Source: Veleropilina oligotropha (taxonomy: Eukaryota). From it: a stretch of DNA of 64,000 bases. The notes under the pieces are model-generated. The model made no database searches. It saw nothing but the letters and a program-made list of their open reading frames with translations, and had not been told where the DNA came from. The stretch lies in NCBI GenBank assembly GCA_048128005.1, contig JBEUKZ010000064.1, positions 310,001 through 374,000 on the forward strand. Direction: 5' to 3'. Shown piece after piece: positions 11,248 through 22,369 of the stretch (positions are counted from its first letter, which is position 1; every line of letters starts with the position of its first letter). The position numbers were made by a program, and so were the translations under genes.

Positions 11248-11974
11248 TTTCAGTCACTTTTATCTATACCTGGTTGGGAGTGCATGTGTTCCAGTCACTC
11301 TATCTATAACTGGCCAGGAGTGCAGGTGTTCCAGTCACTCTTATCTATACCTGATTGGGAGTGCAGGTGTTCCAGTCACTCTTATCTATAACTGGTTGGG
11401 AGTGCAGGTGTTCCAGGCACTCTTATCTATACCTGGTCAGGAGTGCAGGTGTTCCAGTCACTCTTATCTATACCTGGTCGGGAGTGCAGGTGTTCCAGTC
11501 AATCTTATCTATAACTGGTCAGGACTGCAGGTGTTCCAGTCACTCTTATCTATAACTGGTTGGGAGTGCGGGTGTTCCAGGCACTCTTATCTATACCTGG
11601 TCGGGAGTGCAGGTGTTCCAGTCAATCTTATCTATAACTGGTCAGGACTGCAGGTGTTCCAGTCACTCTTATCTATATCTGGCCGGGAGTGCATGTGTTC
11701 CAGTCACTCTTATCTATACCTGGTCGGGAGTGGTGTTTCAGTCACTCTTATCTATAACTGGTCGGGAGTGCAGGTGTTCCAGTCACTCTTATCTATACCT
11801 GGTCGGGAGTGGTGTTTCAGTCACTCTTATCTATACCTGGTCGGGAGTGCAGGTGTTTCAGTCACTCTTATCTATACCTGGTCGGGAGTGCAGGTGTTTC
11901 AGTCACTCTTATCTATAACTGGTCGGGAGTGCAGGTGTTCCAGTCACTCTTATCTATAACTGCTCGGGAGTGCA
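11248..11974. repeat. Tandem repeat, ~41-bp unit related to part of the 70-mer, ~18 copies
   Basis: cagtcactcttatctatacctggtcgggagtgcaggtgttc. Confidence 0.95.
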
Positions 11975-12558
11975 AATGCTCCATGACAATGGGAATTTCC
12001 CCCCACGATAATATAGATATGCCATGGTATGAACCAGAAAATTATGAAAGTGGGGTATTAAGCATCAATCTAAACCAAATCCAATCAATACTTTCATCAT
12101 TTATTTGTATAATCGTTAACTCATTCATCAAGATACTTCATTCGTTCATGCACTGATACTAATTTTTCATACCTATGTGTCTGTTACGGGGAAGCCGATA
12201 CATTGAAGATGGCCTACCTAGACTTGCGTTCCATGAGCAATGCCACGACCGAAGAACAAGCGGATGGCAGAAAGATGGCGGTAGCAAAATAGAACTCACC
12301 GAACAATCGCCTGTGAGGAATCAACCAAGACATAAGATGGTTACAGGGTGCACGTCTAGCTGAACTGGGGCGCAAAGCGTAGATGCGGTGGGTTGGATGC
12401 GAAAGTCACGATGCGGGTATTAAATCTGGCTTCATGCATTAGTATGCCTTGATCATGTTGGCAAGTTGATATTCAAGAACATAATTTAAATTATAGAGGT
12501 GATTTTTCCAGATACGAGATGATCTCATATTGAATCCTGCATCATGCACAGCCAGCAC

Positions 12559-12665
12559 CATTGATATGACGTTCTGATACAGACATTGATATGACGTTCT
12601 GATACAGACATTGATATGACGTTCTGATACAGACATTGATATGACGTTCTGATACAGACATTGAT
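12559..12665. repeat. Tandem repeat, 25-bp unit, ~4 copies
   Basis: ttgatatgacgttctgatacagaca. Confidence 0.9.
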
Positions 12666-13071
12666 TTAGCTTACAGTTTGATTGTTATTTCAAATATATT
12701 TTTGACATCAGAAATTACAAATGACTTGCATCCAACACCCCAAATGTTGATTTACTCCCCAGTAAAGAACTAAAACATTAAAAAGAGACACAATGGTTAG
12801 TTAATGACGTCGAAGAATGCCTATGTCCGGTATTGGGACACAAGACATTCATTGGTTGAAATTTGATGAGAACAATTAGTCATTATCAAATGCTGACGAT
12901 CATCATTTTAGTTGTCATTTTACGCTTAATTTGTTTTGGTAGCGCAACAAATAGCTACTTTGATGCTGTGTATAATTTTGTCATTATCTGCGAGACTGAC
13001 GGAGAAATTCTCATCAATATTTCAACCTAGAATGCAGACACACATGAGCCTCGTCTTGGCGTGGTCGCTAC

Positions 13072-13161
13072 CTTTCCTTCCGCTCAATGCTGATTGCCAT
13101 CATACAGGCAGGAATGCCACAGATAAACGCATTAAAGAAATTATACGGGCCGAAAAAACGT
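13072..13161 (-). CDS. TMEM135: TMEM135-like gene, coding exon 3 (90 nt); later exons not found in the window
   Basis: ttgttttcag acceptor and AG|GTAGCG donor. Encodes RFFGPYNFFNAFICGIPACMMAISIERKER (cf. TMEM135 ...ALPASYVAILIERKSR), in phase with exon 2. Confidence 0.85.
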
Positions 13162-13254
13162 CTGAAAACAAATAAATTCAGTCAAATATACATGATTTCC
13201 ACTTTTCAGCATACACTTAATATGAGGTTTTAATGTAAACCTAATATTAGTATA

Positions 13255-13470
13255 AAACATACTTACGTCCTTACTCTTGCCATAATAGTAATATTATTGC
13301 CAACCGGAAACAGTGAATAAGTCACATTATGCACTATTAATAAGTCAAAGACGCAAAAACGTACCACGGTTACCTCCCCTGCTCCTCCTCCCCCACGTTC
13401 CCCCGCGAGACCTCGCCAAGTCTCGCGAGACTTCTGAACCATAGAAGTCACATGACATCAATTCAAAGTT
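13255..13470. repeat. E2 3' ITR
   Basis: Reverse complement of 20420-20635. Confidence 0.95.
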
Positions 13471-13531
13471 CAAAAACCACAAAGGAACGTAGTAGAGGGG
13501 AGGAATGCGAAACGCAGGGTGGGTAATCGTG

Positions 13532-13622
13532 GTAAGGACGTAAGTATGTTTTATACTAATATTAGGTTTACATTAAAACCTCATATATAGTTACAAACAT
13601 ACTTACGTCCTTACTCTTGCCA
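13532..13622. repeat. E2 ICR
   Basis: Complementary to the 13222-13274 end and the ~20607-20645 end, joined at ...cctcat-atatagttac... Confidence 0.95.
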
Positions 13623-13686
13623 GAATAACCTTGGATAGGTGGGTAAGACGTTCCTTACAACAAACCCAAACAAGATAATGACTTAC

Positions 13687-14002
13687 TTGTCACCAATTCA
13701 ATCAGCATGAAGCGTCGATTGTGTCCGCCTAGAGTGGAATTTTACTGAGTATTATATTCTACTCTTACCAAGCGAGAATTTCGACCAGTGTTACCGGGAG
13801 AATACGCCGTGGTATTAGTCGGACGAGGTGAACGGAAGTGCAATCATCCCCAGGCACGGCCGGAAGGATAAATCCCTGTAGGTCTTACGTGTCATGGACC
13901 AGTGGCAGCCAAATGGGACTCCGGGCCTATAGGCCGGTAGCCAGAGGATGCAGTCGGATTTGTAAGCACACGGAACCTAACAGGTTGTGAAAGCTTTAAA
14001 TC
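13687..14002 (+). ncRNA. Candidate structured non-coding domain of E2
   Basis: Same helices as E1 with compensatory changes (tcacc/ggtga, aata/tatt, tgca.tc/gatgca, gattt/aaatc). ac-GGAA-gt loop. Confidence 0.6.
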
Positions 14003-14414
14003 AAAAGCAAAGAATTAATAGATTATTATAAATAATCGATATTAATAAGTAATTCGCATGACCAACTTGCGAACGCTAACATGGACGACATGTCACTTAA
14101 AATTAAATGTTAAGGAATCAAAAAATTTTCAATGTATTGAACATCGTATGTTCGATTACAGCAAAGAACATAATAATATTGAACCTCAATCTTTTTTAAG
14201 ATTTGTGCAAAATTATAAAAGTTGTTTTATTAAATTCAATGTAATCTGGCTGTCAACACTCAGGTCTGACATGAAAAGTACAAAATCTTAAAATAGATTT
14301 AAGAAATGAACAGACATTGAACTGCCTCATAGGTGTTAATTTCATAGCACCGTTTGGCCAACAAAAATAAAATGGCGTCAGTAAATATGCAAATGATCAA
14401 TCAGAGAACAATAC

Positions 14415-17389
14415 TTACTGATTAGAAGACCTCGGTCTAACAATAACTCTTTGTGCAGCAACACACTGTAAGCTGCTCAAGCCATCAGCCCCTGTTGAGT
14501 AGTCCCGCAGATAATGTTTGACAAACACATTAGCGTTTTTCCAATATCCAGCCTGCAGTAACGCATTGATATTTAAATTATGTCGGAATGCTACAGACGC
14601 GGCAATTGCCCGGACTTCATGTGCGCGGACCGATAAAATAGTTCGGTCGTCGTCATCACAACGGATGTAAACATCTCTCACAGTTTGTGAAATCCACCGC
14701 GAAACAGTTGTCCTCGTAATGTCGCGGGTGTAGGTAGGCAAATACGATATGAATAAACGTAATTTCCCTGTCCGCATTTCACGGGTTCTGTCTAGGTAGA
14801 AGCGAAGCGCCAATTGAGGCGGTCTGCATCGTGCCTTCAGACTAGCGTTAGCTTGGGAATAACAACATCGGGTGCGTCCTCGTTCGGCCGTTGGTTCTTG
14901 GCTAGAAAGCCAAGAATAGGACGCAGTATCACCGACCCGTCTGACTGGAATCGTATATCTCTTAGCTCGGAGGAGAAAGCATGAATCTCGGAACAACGCC
15001 TGCCCGACGCTAAGGCGATCAGAAAAACCGTTTTGTGCGTCAAGTTCCTCATGGTTATCTCGGACATCGGCTCATACGGGGGTAAGAGTAATGCGTTAAG
15101 AATAAGTACGATATTCCAAGCAGGTGGCTTAATTTTTCGGGTCGGTATCTCGAGTTCGTAAGATCGTATAAAATCTGATATCGTTCGGTCGCTTGATAGG
15201 CCAGCATGGGCACGACACTGCTTTAGCGTGGTCGCGATCGTTGCCCGATAGCCTTTGACGGCGGACACTGACATACCGCGGTCGAAGAGCGACGATAAAA
15301 ACTCGATAAACTTGTTCACAGGGGGACGGAGTATATTGACCTGCCTGCTGTGACACCAATCCACGTACTTAACCCATCGGTAGTCATAGACTTTTGTCGT
15401 GGAAATCCTTCTCGATCGATAGATACGTAAGGCTGTAGCTTTAGAAAATCCTTTCTTAGCAAGGGATCGTTCGATAACCGCCAGGCGTGTAAACGTAAGT
15501 GGTTCGGCGACTCGTGGAGTACACGGGTGCGTGGTTGCATTAACAGGTCTAGTTTCTGCGGTAACGCTAACGGTCGATCGACGATCAGATCGAGGAGGGT
15601 CGGAAACCAAGGTTGCGTGCGATACAGGGGCGCTATTAGCGTTATCTCGCAACGTTCGGTCGCTGCCTTCTGTAATACCAGTGATAGAATGCACGTCGGG
15701 GGGAAGGCATACGCGGACAGATTCTCCCATGTCATTGACATTGCGTCGACCGCTAGGGCGGCCGGGTCTGGGTACGGGGAGACATACAGAGGTAGTCGGT
15801 AATTGAATTCTGTTGCAAACAAATCGACTTGGGGTTGCGACCACCGGCGGCAAACATCCCGAGCTACTCGGCTGTGTAGCGCCCACTCTGTGTGTATAAT
15901 CTGTGATCTCCGAGAGAGCGAATCCGCTCTGACATTCAGCTTTCCCGGGATGTGTCGGGCTCGAATCGTCGAGTTGAGGGACATCACTAAGCGGTGTAGG
16001 TCTATTGCTCGGTCGCATAGGGGACGCGAGCGAGTACCGCCCTGGTGCTGTATGTAAGCGACGACAGTCGTGTTGTCCGTGGCGAGCATTATGTGCTTGT
16101 TGCGGAGATGTAACGAGAGGGACCGTACTGACAGGTAGACGGCTTCTAACTCTAGGAAGTTGATATGTCGTCCCTGAAGGTCTGTCGGCCATAGGCCTGA
16201 TGTCTCGTAACTGTCGAGGTGACCACCCCAGCCGTCGTTCGAAGCGTCTGTGAACAGGTAAGCGTTCGGCTCTGGTGGGGATATAGGAACCGACTGGTCC
16301 GGCAAAGCGGGGTTCAACCACACTGCTGTCGTGTCGGTAAACCAATGCCGTAGATCGATGCGATCCGTCCACTGCCCCGTCCGTTGTATCCAGCGATCCC
16401 TGAACGCCTGTTGTAACGGTCTTTTGTCCATGCGACCCGTCGGTAGCAGGGGCGCTACCGACTCGATGTGCCCCAGGACAGTGGCCAGTTGTCGCGCCGT
16501 AGTTATGTCCGATGACAGGGTGTCTTGGATAACCGCGCGTAGGTTCCGCATACGCTTCTGGGTCGGCTTCGCGGTGTACCGGACCGTATCGAAGTCGACT
16601 CCGAGGAACGTAAACGTTGTCGAGGGCACGAAGCAGGATTTTGTCTCGTTGATCTGAAATCCCAGGCGCTTCGTCGATGACAGGGTAAAGGTCGTAGACC
16701 GGAGGCACAGATCCCGGGACGCCCCGAGGATCAGCCAGTCGTCGAGGTACATATGTACCCTGTGCCCTAGAGAGTGTAGGAAGGCCCCTAGGGCCTGTAC
16801 TGTTCTCGTGAAGACGTACGGGGCTGACGATAGACCGAACGGTAGGCACCTGAATTGGTAGATCGTCTCCCCGTGTATAAACCGAAGGTACTGATGAGCC
16901 GTGATATGCATCGGGACATGCAGATACGCGTCGGCGAGATCGATAGACGCTGCCCAGTCGCCCGGACGGATGGCCGCTCGAATCTTCGAGAGGGTTTCTT
17001 GCTGGAATTTCTCGGTACGAAGATATCTGTTTAGGTACGAGAGATCGAGGATCGGTCTCCAGCGGCCATCGGGTTTCGGGACCAGGAAGAAATGGCTGTA
17101 AAATCCTGGTGTGCTGGGCGGCGCGGGATATATCGCTCTTTTTAGGAGCAAATCCCGCACTGCCTGGTCTAAGACCGCTTGTTTCTCTCCGTTTAGGAGG
17201 CGAGCGTGTCTTGTTGGTGGTGCCTCGGTTAAGGTCGGATGCCGGTTGAATGCCAACTTGTATCCGGCACTCACGACTAAGTGGACCCAGTTGCTGTCTG
17301 TCAGCTCTAGCCAGGGCTGGCTGTGTGCTAACAGGCACGCTCCCACCGGCGGGAGCGGGCAACTGGGGCCGTCGCGAATGCCGGCAGCC
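14415..17389 (-). pseudogene. E2 tyrosine recombinase ORF with nonsense codon and 10-nt deletion
   Basis: GGA>TGA at 14837-14839 and loss of ccgtaccggg at 14810/14811 compared with E3/E4. Confidence 0.9.
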
Positions 17390-17598
17390 CTAGGGCCGAG
17401 GCTTCCCTCTCCCGCTCTGCTTGCGGGATTTCGCTGGAGGTGCTTGCCTCTTTGGAGTGGGTTTATTGGCCGGAGGCCTACCACCCGAAGAGGGCTTCGC
17501 ACGCTTAGAAGGCTTCGGGGCCGGGGTGGGCCCGGAGCGCTTCTTCGAGTTGGCAGGTGGACCCCGGGTGGGGAGCAGTACTGCCTTCTCGATGGCAC
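15316..17598 (-). CDS. E2 pol: RT-RNase H-DNA methyltransferase-like (start codon uncertain)
   Basis: Open 760-codon frame with YLDD, RNase H D/E/D/D motifs and DLFA/YAFPP. Confidence 0.9.
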   Translation of the reverse strand: MPSRRQYCSPPGVHLPTRRSAPGPPRPRSLLSVRSPLRVVGLRPINPLQRGKHLQRNPASRAGEGSLGPRAAGIRDGPSCPLPPVGACLLAHSQPWLELTDSNWVHLVVSAGYKLAFNRHPTLTEAPPTRHARLLNGEKQAVLDQAVRDLLLKRAIYPAPPSTPGFYSHFFLVPKPDGRWRPILDLSYLNRYLRTEKFQQETLSKIRAAIRPGDWAASIDLADAYLHVPMHITAHQYLRFIHGETIYQFRCLPFGLSSAPYVFTRTVQALGAFLHSLGHRVHMYLDDWLILGASRDLCLRSTTFTLSSTKRLGFQINETKSCFVPSTTFTFLGVDFDTVRYTAKPTQKRMRNLRAVIQDTLSSDITTARQLATVLGHIESVAPLLPTGRMDKRPLQQAFRDRWIQRTGQWTDRIDLRHWFTDTTAVWLNPALPDQSVPISPPEPNAYLFTDASNDGWGGHLDSYETSGLWPTDLQGRHINFLELEAVYLSVRSLSLHLRNKHIMLATDNTTVVAYIQHQGGTRSRPLCDRAIDLHRLVMSLNSTIRARHIPGKLNVRADSLSRRSQIIHTEWALHSRVARDVCRRWSQPQVDLFATEFNYRLPLYVSPYPDPAALAVDAMSMTWENLSAYAFPPTCILSLVLQKAATERCEITLIAPLYRTQPWFPTLLDLIVDRPLALPQKLDLLMQPRTRVLHESPNHLRLHAWRLSNDPLLRKDFLKLQPYVSIDREGFPRQKSMTTDGLSTWIGVTAGRSIYSVPL

Positions 17599-19639
17599 GG
17601 TCCTTCATGTCCGCCGCTCTCTTGTCAACGAACTCCGAAAAGTTGTCACCAAAGAGAGTGGTGGCCGAGCAAGGTACGCATCGCAACGAGCGCCGGGTGG
17701 GCTCGTCCAGCGGGGTACCTTCCAGGCAAGCATCCCTACGAAGTAGGAGGGCATTGCCCAGGACACGTCCCGTCTCCAACGCGCTGGTCTCCTGCGCGGC
17801 AGCAACCTCCTGGAGGAAGGACAGGGCAGCCTCGGGGGCGCCGGGTCCATTCTCCTGTAGTACGGCTATCGCGCCGTCCAAGAAAAAGTCCTGAACAGAC
17901 GATAGCCGTAGAGCCCGTCGGGCGGCGCTCTCGAAAGCTTCCAAGGCGGACCAAGGAACTTTCGCTATGGAGGGAGTGTGACTGGCGGTCAGTCGACGCA
18001 ACGAAGCGTCAACACGAGCCGGCTCAGTCGCCAGGCACGGACCAGTGCATTCGAACGGGATCGCTCGAGTACTGGCCCGGAGGTACCTCCCACTACGGAA
18101 CCCCGAAGGGAACTCGTTCAGCGGGGAGGACTCCACCGGATTGCGCCCCTGAACGAGCTTGGTGATCGAGTCTACAACCAGATCTACCAGCCCGGACTGA
18201 GGTAAGGAGGGGAGCTCGGGGGCTTCCCTACTGACAAACCGATGTGCTGCCGTCCTATGCTTGGCTACGTCTACAGCCGACCGAGTCGGTTCCGACAAGC
18301 CAAGCACCCCGCGAAGTGACGCAACGGTGTCGAGCCTTCGGCGGGTGGAGGAGGTCGGCTCCTGCGTGCCTGTAAGACTAATGTCTTCGGGCCCGACCGA
18401 TTCAGGGAGGTCGGTGTGATTGGAACCGAGGTCTTCGTCGGAACGAGGGTCGATGTCTATCACTGAGGCAGGAGCCGTGCTCTGCGCCATGGGCAGATGT
18501 GTAGGTACCTGGTGCGGCTCGGGAGCCGTCGGCCAGGCCTTACACCGTTCCTCGATCCCCGCCGCGATCCATGCCTGGACGTTCTCAAAAGAGAAACCCG
18601 AAGGCAGGACGGGCGACGAACTAACAGCCGGTAGTTCTGTCGAGGTAACCGTGGCGCTAGGTAGACGGGCTGCACGGACAGGTGGTACCGAGGACCAGGG
18701 TCCACGGGCACTTGTCGAGGGGTCGAACCCGAAGGACTGGCCCGAAGGCACAGTCAGTGGGCCGGACGACCGATAGGACTGCGGCAACAGTTCTGATCGG
18801 TCTACCACTCTGTTCGAGCGAGGCACGGACGGAAAACCGCCGTAGAACCCCGTCCCGAACGCAGCCGGTCTGTCCACGTTCTCTAGCGTGACCACGGTGG
18901 GTGCACGGGAGAGACCGGGCCCTCTGAATGTCTCGTGAGCTTCGAGGTTGAGCGGAAAACCCCTAGGGGTAGTCGCATCGTTCTCGACCGAGGATTCAGG
19001 TTTCGCCGATTGTCCGAGTCTTAGACCTACAAGTAGGTGCCCGGCCTCTTTAAAGGCTTTCTCTGCATTGGGTCTGTCCCCGTCGCTAGACGGAGAGTTT
19101 CCCGCAGAAGGACTAACTGTCCCCTTATTCTTCGAGGCCGAAGAAAAGGATGGGGATGGTCTGCCCTGTTCAGCTGTTCGCTGCGCTGTCATGTATACCT
19201 TGCTAGCCGGCAAGGTATGGCTGACTGCAGTTACTAGGCCCAGTTGAGGAGGAACGGTCGACACTCGGGTCTTTACCTGAATCTGGGGTACCGGCAAGGT
19301 TTCGGTGACTCCCCGAAGAGTCGCGGAGGTTTCGCCGGTGGATCCGGCGACAGACGTCCCCTTGTGTCGGCTGTCGTCCAGCGTCCCTGAAGCAGACAAG
19401 GAAGAAACATTATGTAACTTACCGGTCTCTTCCTGACCCTTCTCCGGGGGAGGACCCACCGTGGCAGCCGCCCTGGTCGACTTACCCTGGTGAGACAGGA
19501 CTGCCCACTGCTTATCTGATAGAAGAAAGCACAGATCACATTGATGTTGTATACTACAGCTACGGTGAATACGACATTCCTTGTGCCTATCAAATCCGTG
19601 AATTTTCTGGGTACACCCGGAGCTACTGCACCGGACCAT
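17390..19639 (-). CDS. E2 gag-like
   Basis: Open frame from ATG (MVRC...), N-terminal Zn-finger-like Cys/His cluster, ends at TAG. Confidence 0.9.
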   Translation of the reverse strand: MVRCSSSGCTQKIHGFDRHKECRIHRSCSIQHQCDLCFLLSDKQWAVLSHQGKSTRAAATVGPPPEKGQEETGKLHNVSSLSASGTLDDSRHKGTSVAGSTGETSATLRGVTETLPVPQIQVKTRVSTVPPQLGLVTAVSHTLPASKVYMTAQRTAEQGRPSPSFSSASKNKGTVSPSAGNSPSSDGDRPNAEKAFKEAGHLLVGLRLGQSAKPESSVENDATTPRGFPLNLEAHETFRGPGLSRAPTVVTLENVDRPAAFGTGFYGGFPSVPRSNRVVDRSELLPQSYRSSGPLTVPSGQSFGFDPSTSARGPWSSVPPVRAARLPSATVTSTELPAVSSSPVLPSGFSFENVQAWIAAGIEERCKAWPTAPEPHQVPTHLPMAQSTAPASVIDIDPRSDEDLGSNHTDLPESVGPEDISLTGTQEPTSSTRRRLDTVASLRGVLGLSEPTRSAVDVAKHRTAAHRFVSREAPELPSLPQSGLVDLVVDSITKLVQGRNPVESSPLNEFPSGFRSGRYLRASTRAIPFECTGPCLATEPARVDASLRRLTASHTPSIAKVPWSALEAFESAARRALRLSSVQDFFLDGAIAVLQENGPGAPEAALSFLQEVAAAQETSALETGRVLGNALLLRRDACLEGTPLDEPTRRSLRCVPCSATTLFGDNFSEFVDKRAADMKDRAIEKAVLLPTRGPPANSKKRSGPTPAPKPSKRAKPSSGGRPPANKPTPKRQAPPAKSRKQSGRGKPRP

Positions 19640-20419
19640 AGCTAAATACACGGGAGGGTGGACATGGGTAGACGGAGTAGGTAAATAGGTATATATATGG
19701 TAGTTGTGACTTCTTTCCTATGGAGGGAGTACTACGACAACTCACAGAATTGTCCTGATCTGAAGATCAAAGATCAAGCGATATACCGTTATACAACCCC
19801 GAACTGGGAACACCGAGGTCGGGTATTTTACCCGACCGACCCGGTAACCCGGCAAATTGACTAAAACAAACGGTGGTTCTTTTCTCGAAAAAACCGCCCA
19901 GAAAACACCTGAAAGCCTCGTGGATGTTTTTATGTTAGTACAATGGCGTATTATCCCAGCAACGGCAGGATATCAGAAAAAACGCAAGCGTGATATCAAA
20001 AGATCCTGCCTTTTAACAACGCTAGAAATTTTTTATATAATAATAAATAACCAGCAAATAGCGTTGTTAAGGAATTATCCAATATAATGAGTTACCTGTT
20101 TGCAGTCTCAAACAATATCAGATAAATATACCGACCAGAAATTTCAGCTACACTCGAAACTTTCCCTCTAAGCGGCCATTTTTAACAGCCACGGCGTCCT
20201 TGACGACGATGTCGGTTTCACTTGATGTCCAGAACTTCCTCGAAGTTTTGAGAATCACTCTTCTTATATTCACTTGTGTCTTGTTATCCACAACACAGGG
20301 TTATATTCCACTACTTATAATCGATATAAGTAGAATACTGCGCCCAGATTTAACATGAAATGGGGCGCCTATTTCGAAATATTTGCGGAGCAAAACAACG
20401 TCTTTCCGCGGCAGCGGAA

Positions 20420-20635
20420 AACTTTGAATTGATGTCATGTGACTTCTATGGTTCAGAAGTCTCGCGAGACTTGGCGAGGTCTCGCGGGGGAACGTGGGGG
20501 AGGAGGAGCAGGGGAGGTAACCGTGGTACGTTTTTGCGTCTTTGACTTATTAATAGTGCATAATGTGACTTATTCACTGTTTCCGGTTGGCAATAATATT
20601 ACTATTATGGCAAGAGTAAGGACGTAAGTATGTTT
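20420..20635. repeat. E2 5' ITR
   Basis: Reverse complement of 13255-13470. Confidence 0.95.
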
Positions 20636-21009
20636 GTAACTATATTTAAAATATAAAGACACAGAAATACCATCAATTAAAACAGTCCTGAATAATACAA
20701 CTATTTATGAAATCTCTAGTTGGAGCCTGAAGATGGAAAACCTCTTGCAAACAAATGCCGTCTGCTGTGAAGATATTGATCACAAACTTAATTACATAAA
20801 GTTCTGTGATAAACATGTGCCAATTTCTGTCAATGGAACAAAGCAATTCAGCTATATTAACCATGGAAGTGGAACTTCAATCATAATATCTTTAAATTTA
20901 GTTGATACTTGAATTGACACAAACCATTCATACTCTGACACAGATCAGTGTCAAGTCAGATAAATATTGTCACGATTTTCTTCATAAATATATTAAAATT
21001 ATGACTTAC

Positions 21010-21137
21010 CGCCAAACACAGAAAAATGATATAAACAAAAAGCCATTTGTTCCCAGGAAGAATGTTGATCGTAATATTTGAGGAATCAGCTTGTAACGGT
21101 AAAACGACCATTTCTTCTTTGTTACCAATGCTGCAGC
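21010..21137 (-). CDS. TMEM135: TMEM135-like gene, coding exon 2 (128 nt)
   Basis: tttcag acceptor and CG|GTAAGT donor. Encodes AAALVTKKKWSFYRYKLIPQILRSTFFLGTNGFLFISFFCVWR, which resembles the second segment of TMEM135 and is in phase with exon 1. Confidence 0.9.
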
Positions 21138-21733
21138 CTGAAATTGTAAACAATATATGTAAAAAAAACAGATATAAAAGCCCATATTTGCTTATGAATC
21201 AGTTTTAAATTTATGGTGCCTAATTCAGAAAATTATAATGACCATATCGTTCATATCGGTAACCGAAAATGTGTCAAGATAAAAGAACTGTAAAAATATG
21301 TGATGCAAGCATTGTGGCAACATCATAACATATGTATTCTGTTTTATAGTCGTGCACTGCCTTTTCATCATATGCTGCTGATACAGTGTAGAAATATGCA
21401 TATATTTATAATATTTTCAATACATGTTATGTCATGTGGTGATATCACTCATGGCGGGGGCAGAGGTGAATCTTCGGTAAATTCAACAAAGCACTTCAGA
21501 GCTTGACGATTCAAGAAAGTTTATCGAAGTTACAATGCATACTCGCCTCTCTACCACATATTAACAGCAAAAAGAGCTCCATAAACTAACACACATGTAG
21601 GAAAATAACCAATGCAGAATTCTTACCAAAATCATAAATACCTACCATATAAACAGGAAATAATCAAAGTGCTGAAGCACTGAAGCAGTCGTAAAGATAA
21701 AGGTTATCAGTTTTGCAAAATGAATACTAATAT

Positions 21734-22369
21734 TTAAAGATGTATTGCCCGTAATTATGACCTAATGCTCTCAAATGCCTTACTTACCTATATGTAGATG
21801 TTATAAAAACTTTTGCTGATTCAAAGTGAAAGAATCTACATTGTTTGTTGTTTTATAATAACAAATCGCTGCTGAAATCGGTGCTCGTCGCGGAACTCTT
21901 TCGATATTTCCGCCATTAAAATTACCAAGGATGCCTGCAATTCGTACAATTTCCAATTCGGAAATTGACGAACGAGACGACTCGTTCATTTTCGAGTATA
22001 CTTTTTATCGAAACATGCAGACGCTACGTCAAATACGAATAATTAATTTATCGAATTTGCATGCGATGTGACAGTACTGTAAAATTGTTAATTAGTGATA
22101 AGTTTGCAGCTCGATTGTCCACAAAGCCAAAGACAGTGCCCAACTTCACGAAATTCCCTTCGACGAACGTCCGTCACCCAAATAATAAAAGCGGACCCGG
22201 TTTTATTATTTTTAACTTTTAATTCGTAGGTGCTTCAGGGACTCCGTCTAGAGAATATTTTTGAAAAATTGCCAAGTTTCTAACTTTAGCCAACTGGCAA
22301 AAATACGTTTGAGGTCTAAGGCTTAAAATTAAAAGCGTTTTTCGCTACTTACGTGCAATACATCTTTAA
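21734..22369. mobile_element. TTAA-flanked non-autonomous DNA transposon (Kolobok-like MITE)
   Basis: ttaaagatgtattgc.cgtaa ... ttacg.gcaatacatctttaa. Confidence 0.7.

Larger units (their letters stand above)
13222..20645 (-). mobile_element. DIRS1-type retrotransposon E2 (YR inactivated)
   Basis: 216-bp ITRs that appear identical, ICR, intact gag and pol. Confidence 0.95.

Noticed and set aside
9921..11974. CRISPR-like array or Cys-rich ORFs
   Set aside because: Head-to-tail repeats without unique spacers, no cas genes, eukaryotic context. The ORFs are translations of the repeat.
17111..19593. Many + strand ORFs inside the elements
   Set aside because: Antisense shadows of GC-rich coding sequence, mostly non-ATG starts, not conserved in E1.
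21781..21920. Alternative TMEM135 first exon (ATGGCGG ... AG|GTAAGTA)
   Set aside because: The reading frame stops after 26 codons, shows no TMEM135 similarity and lies within a TTAA-flanked MITE.
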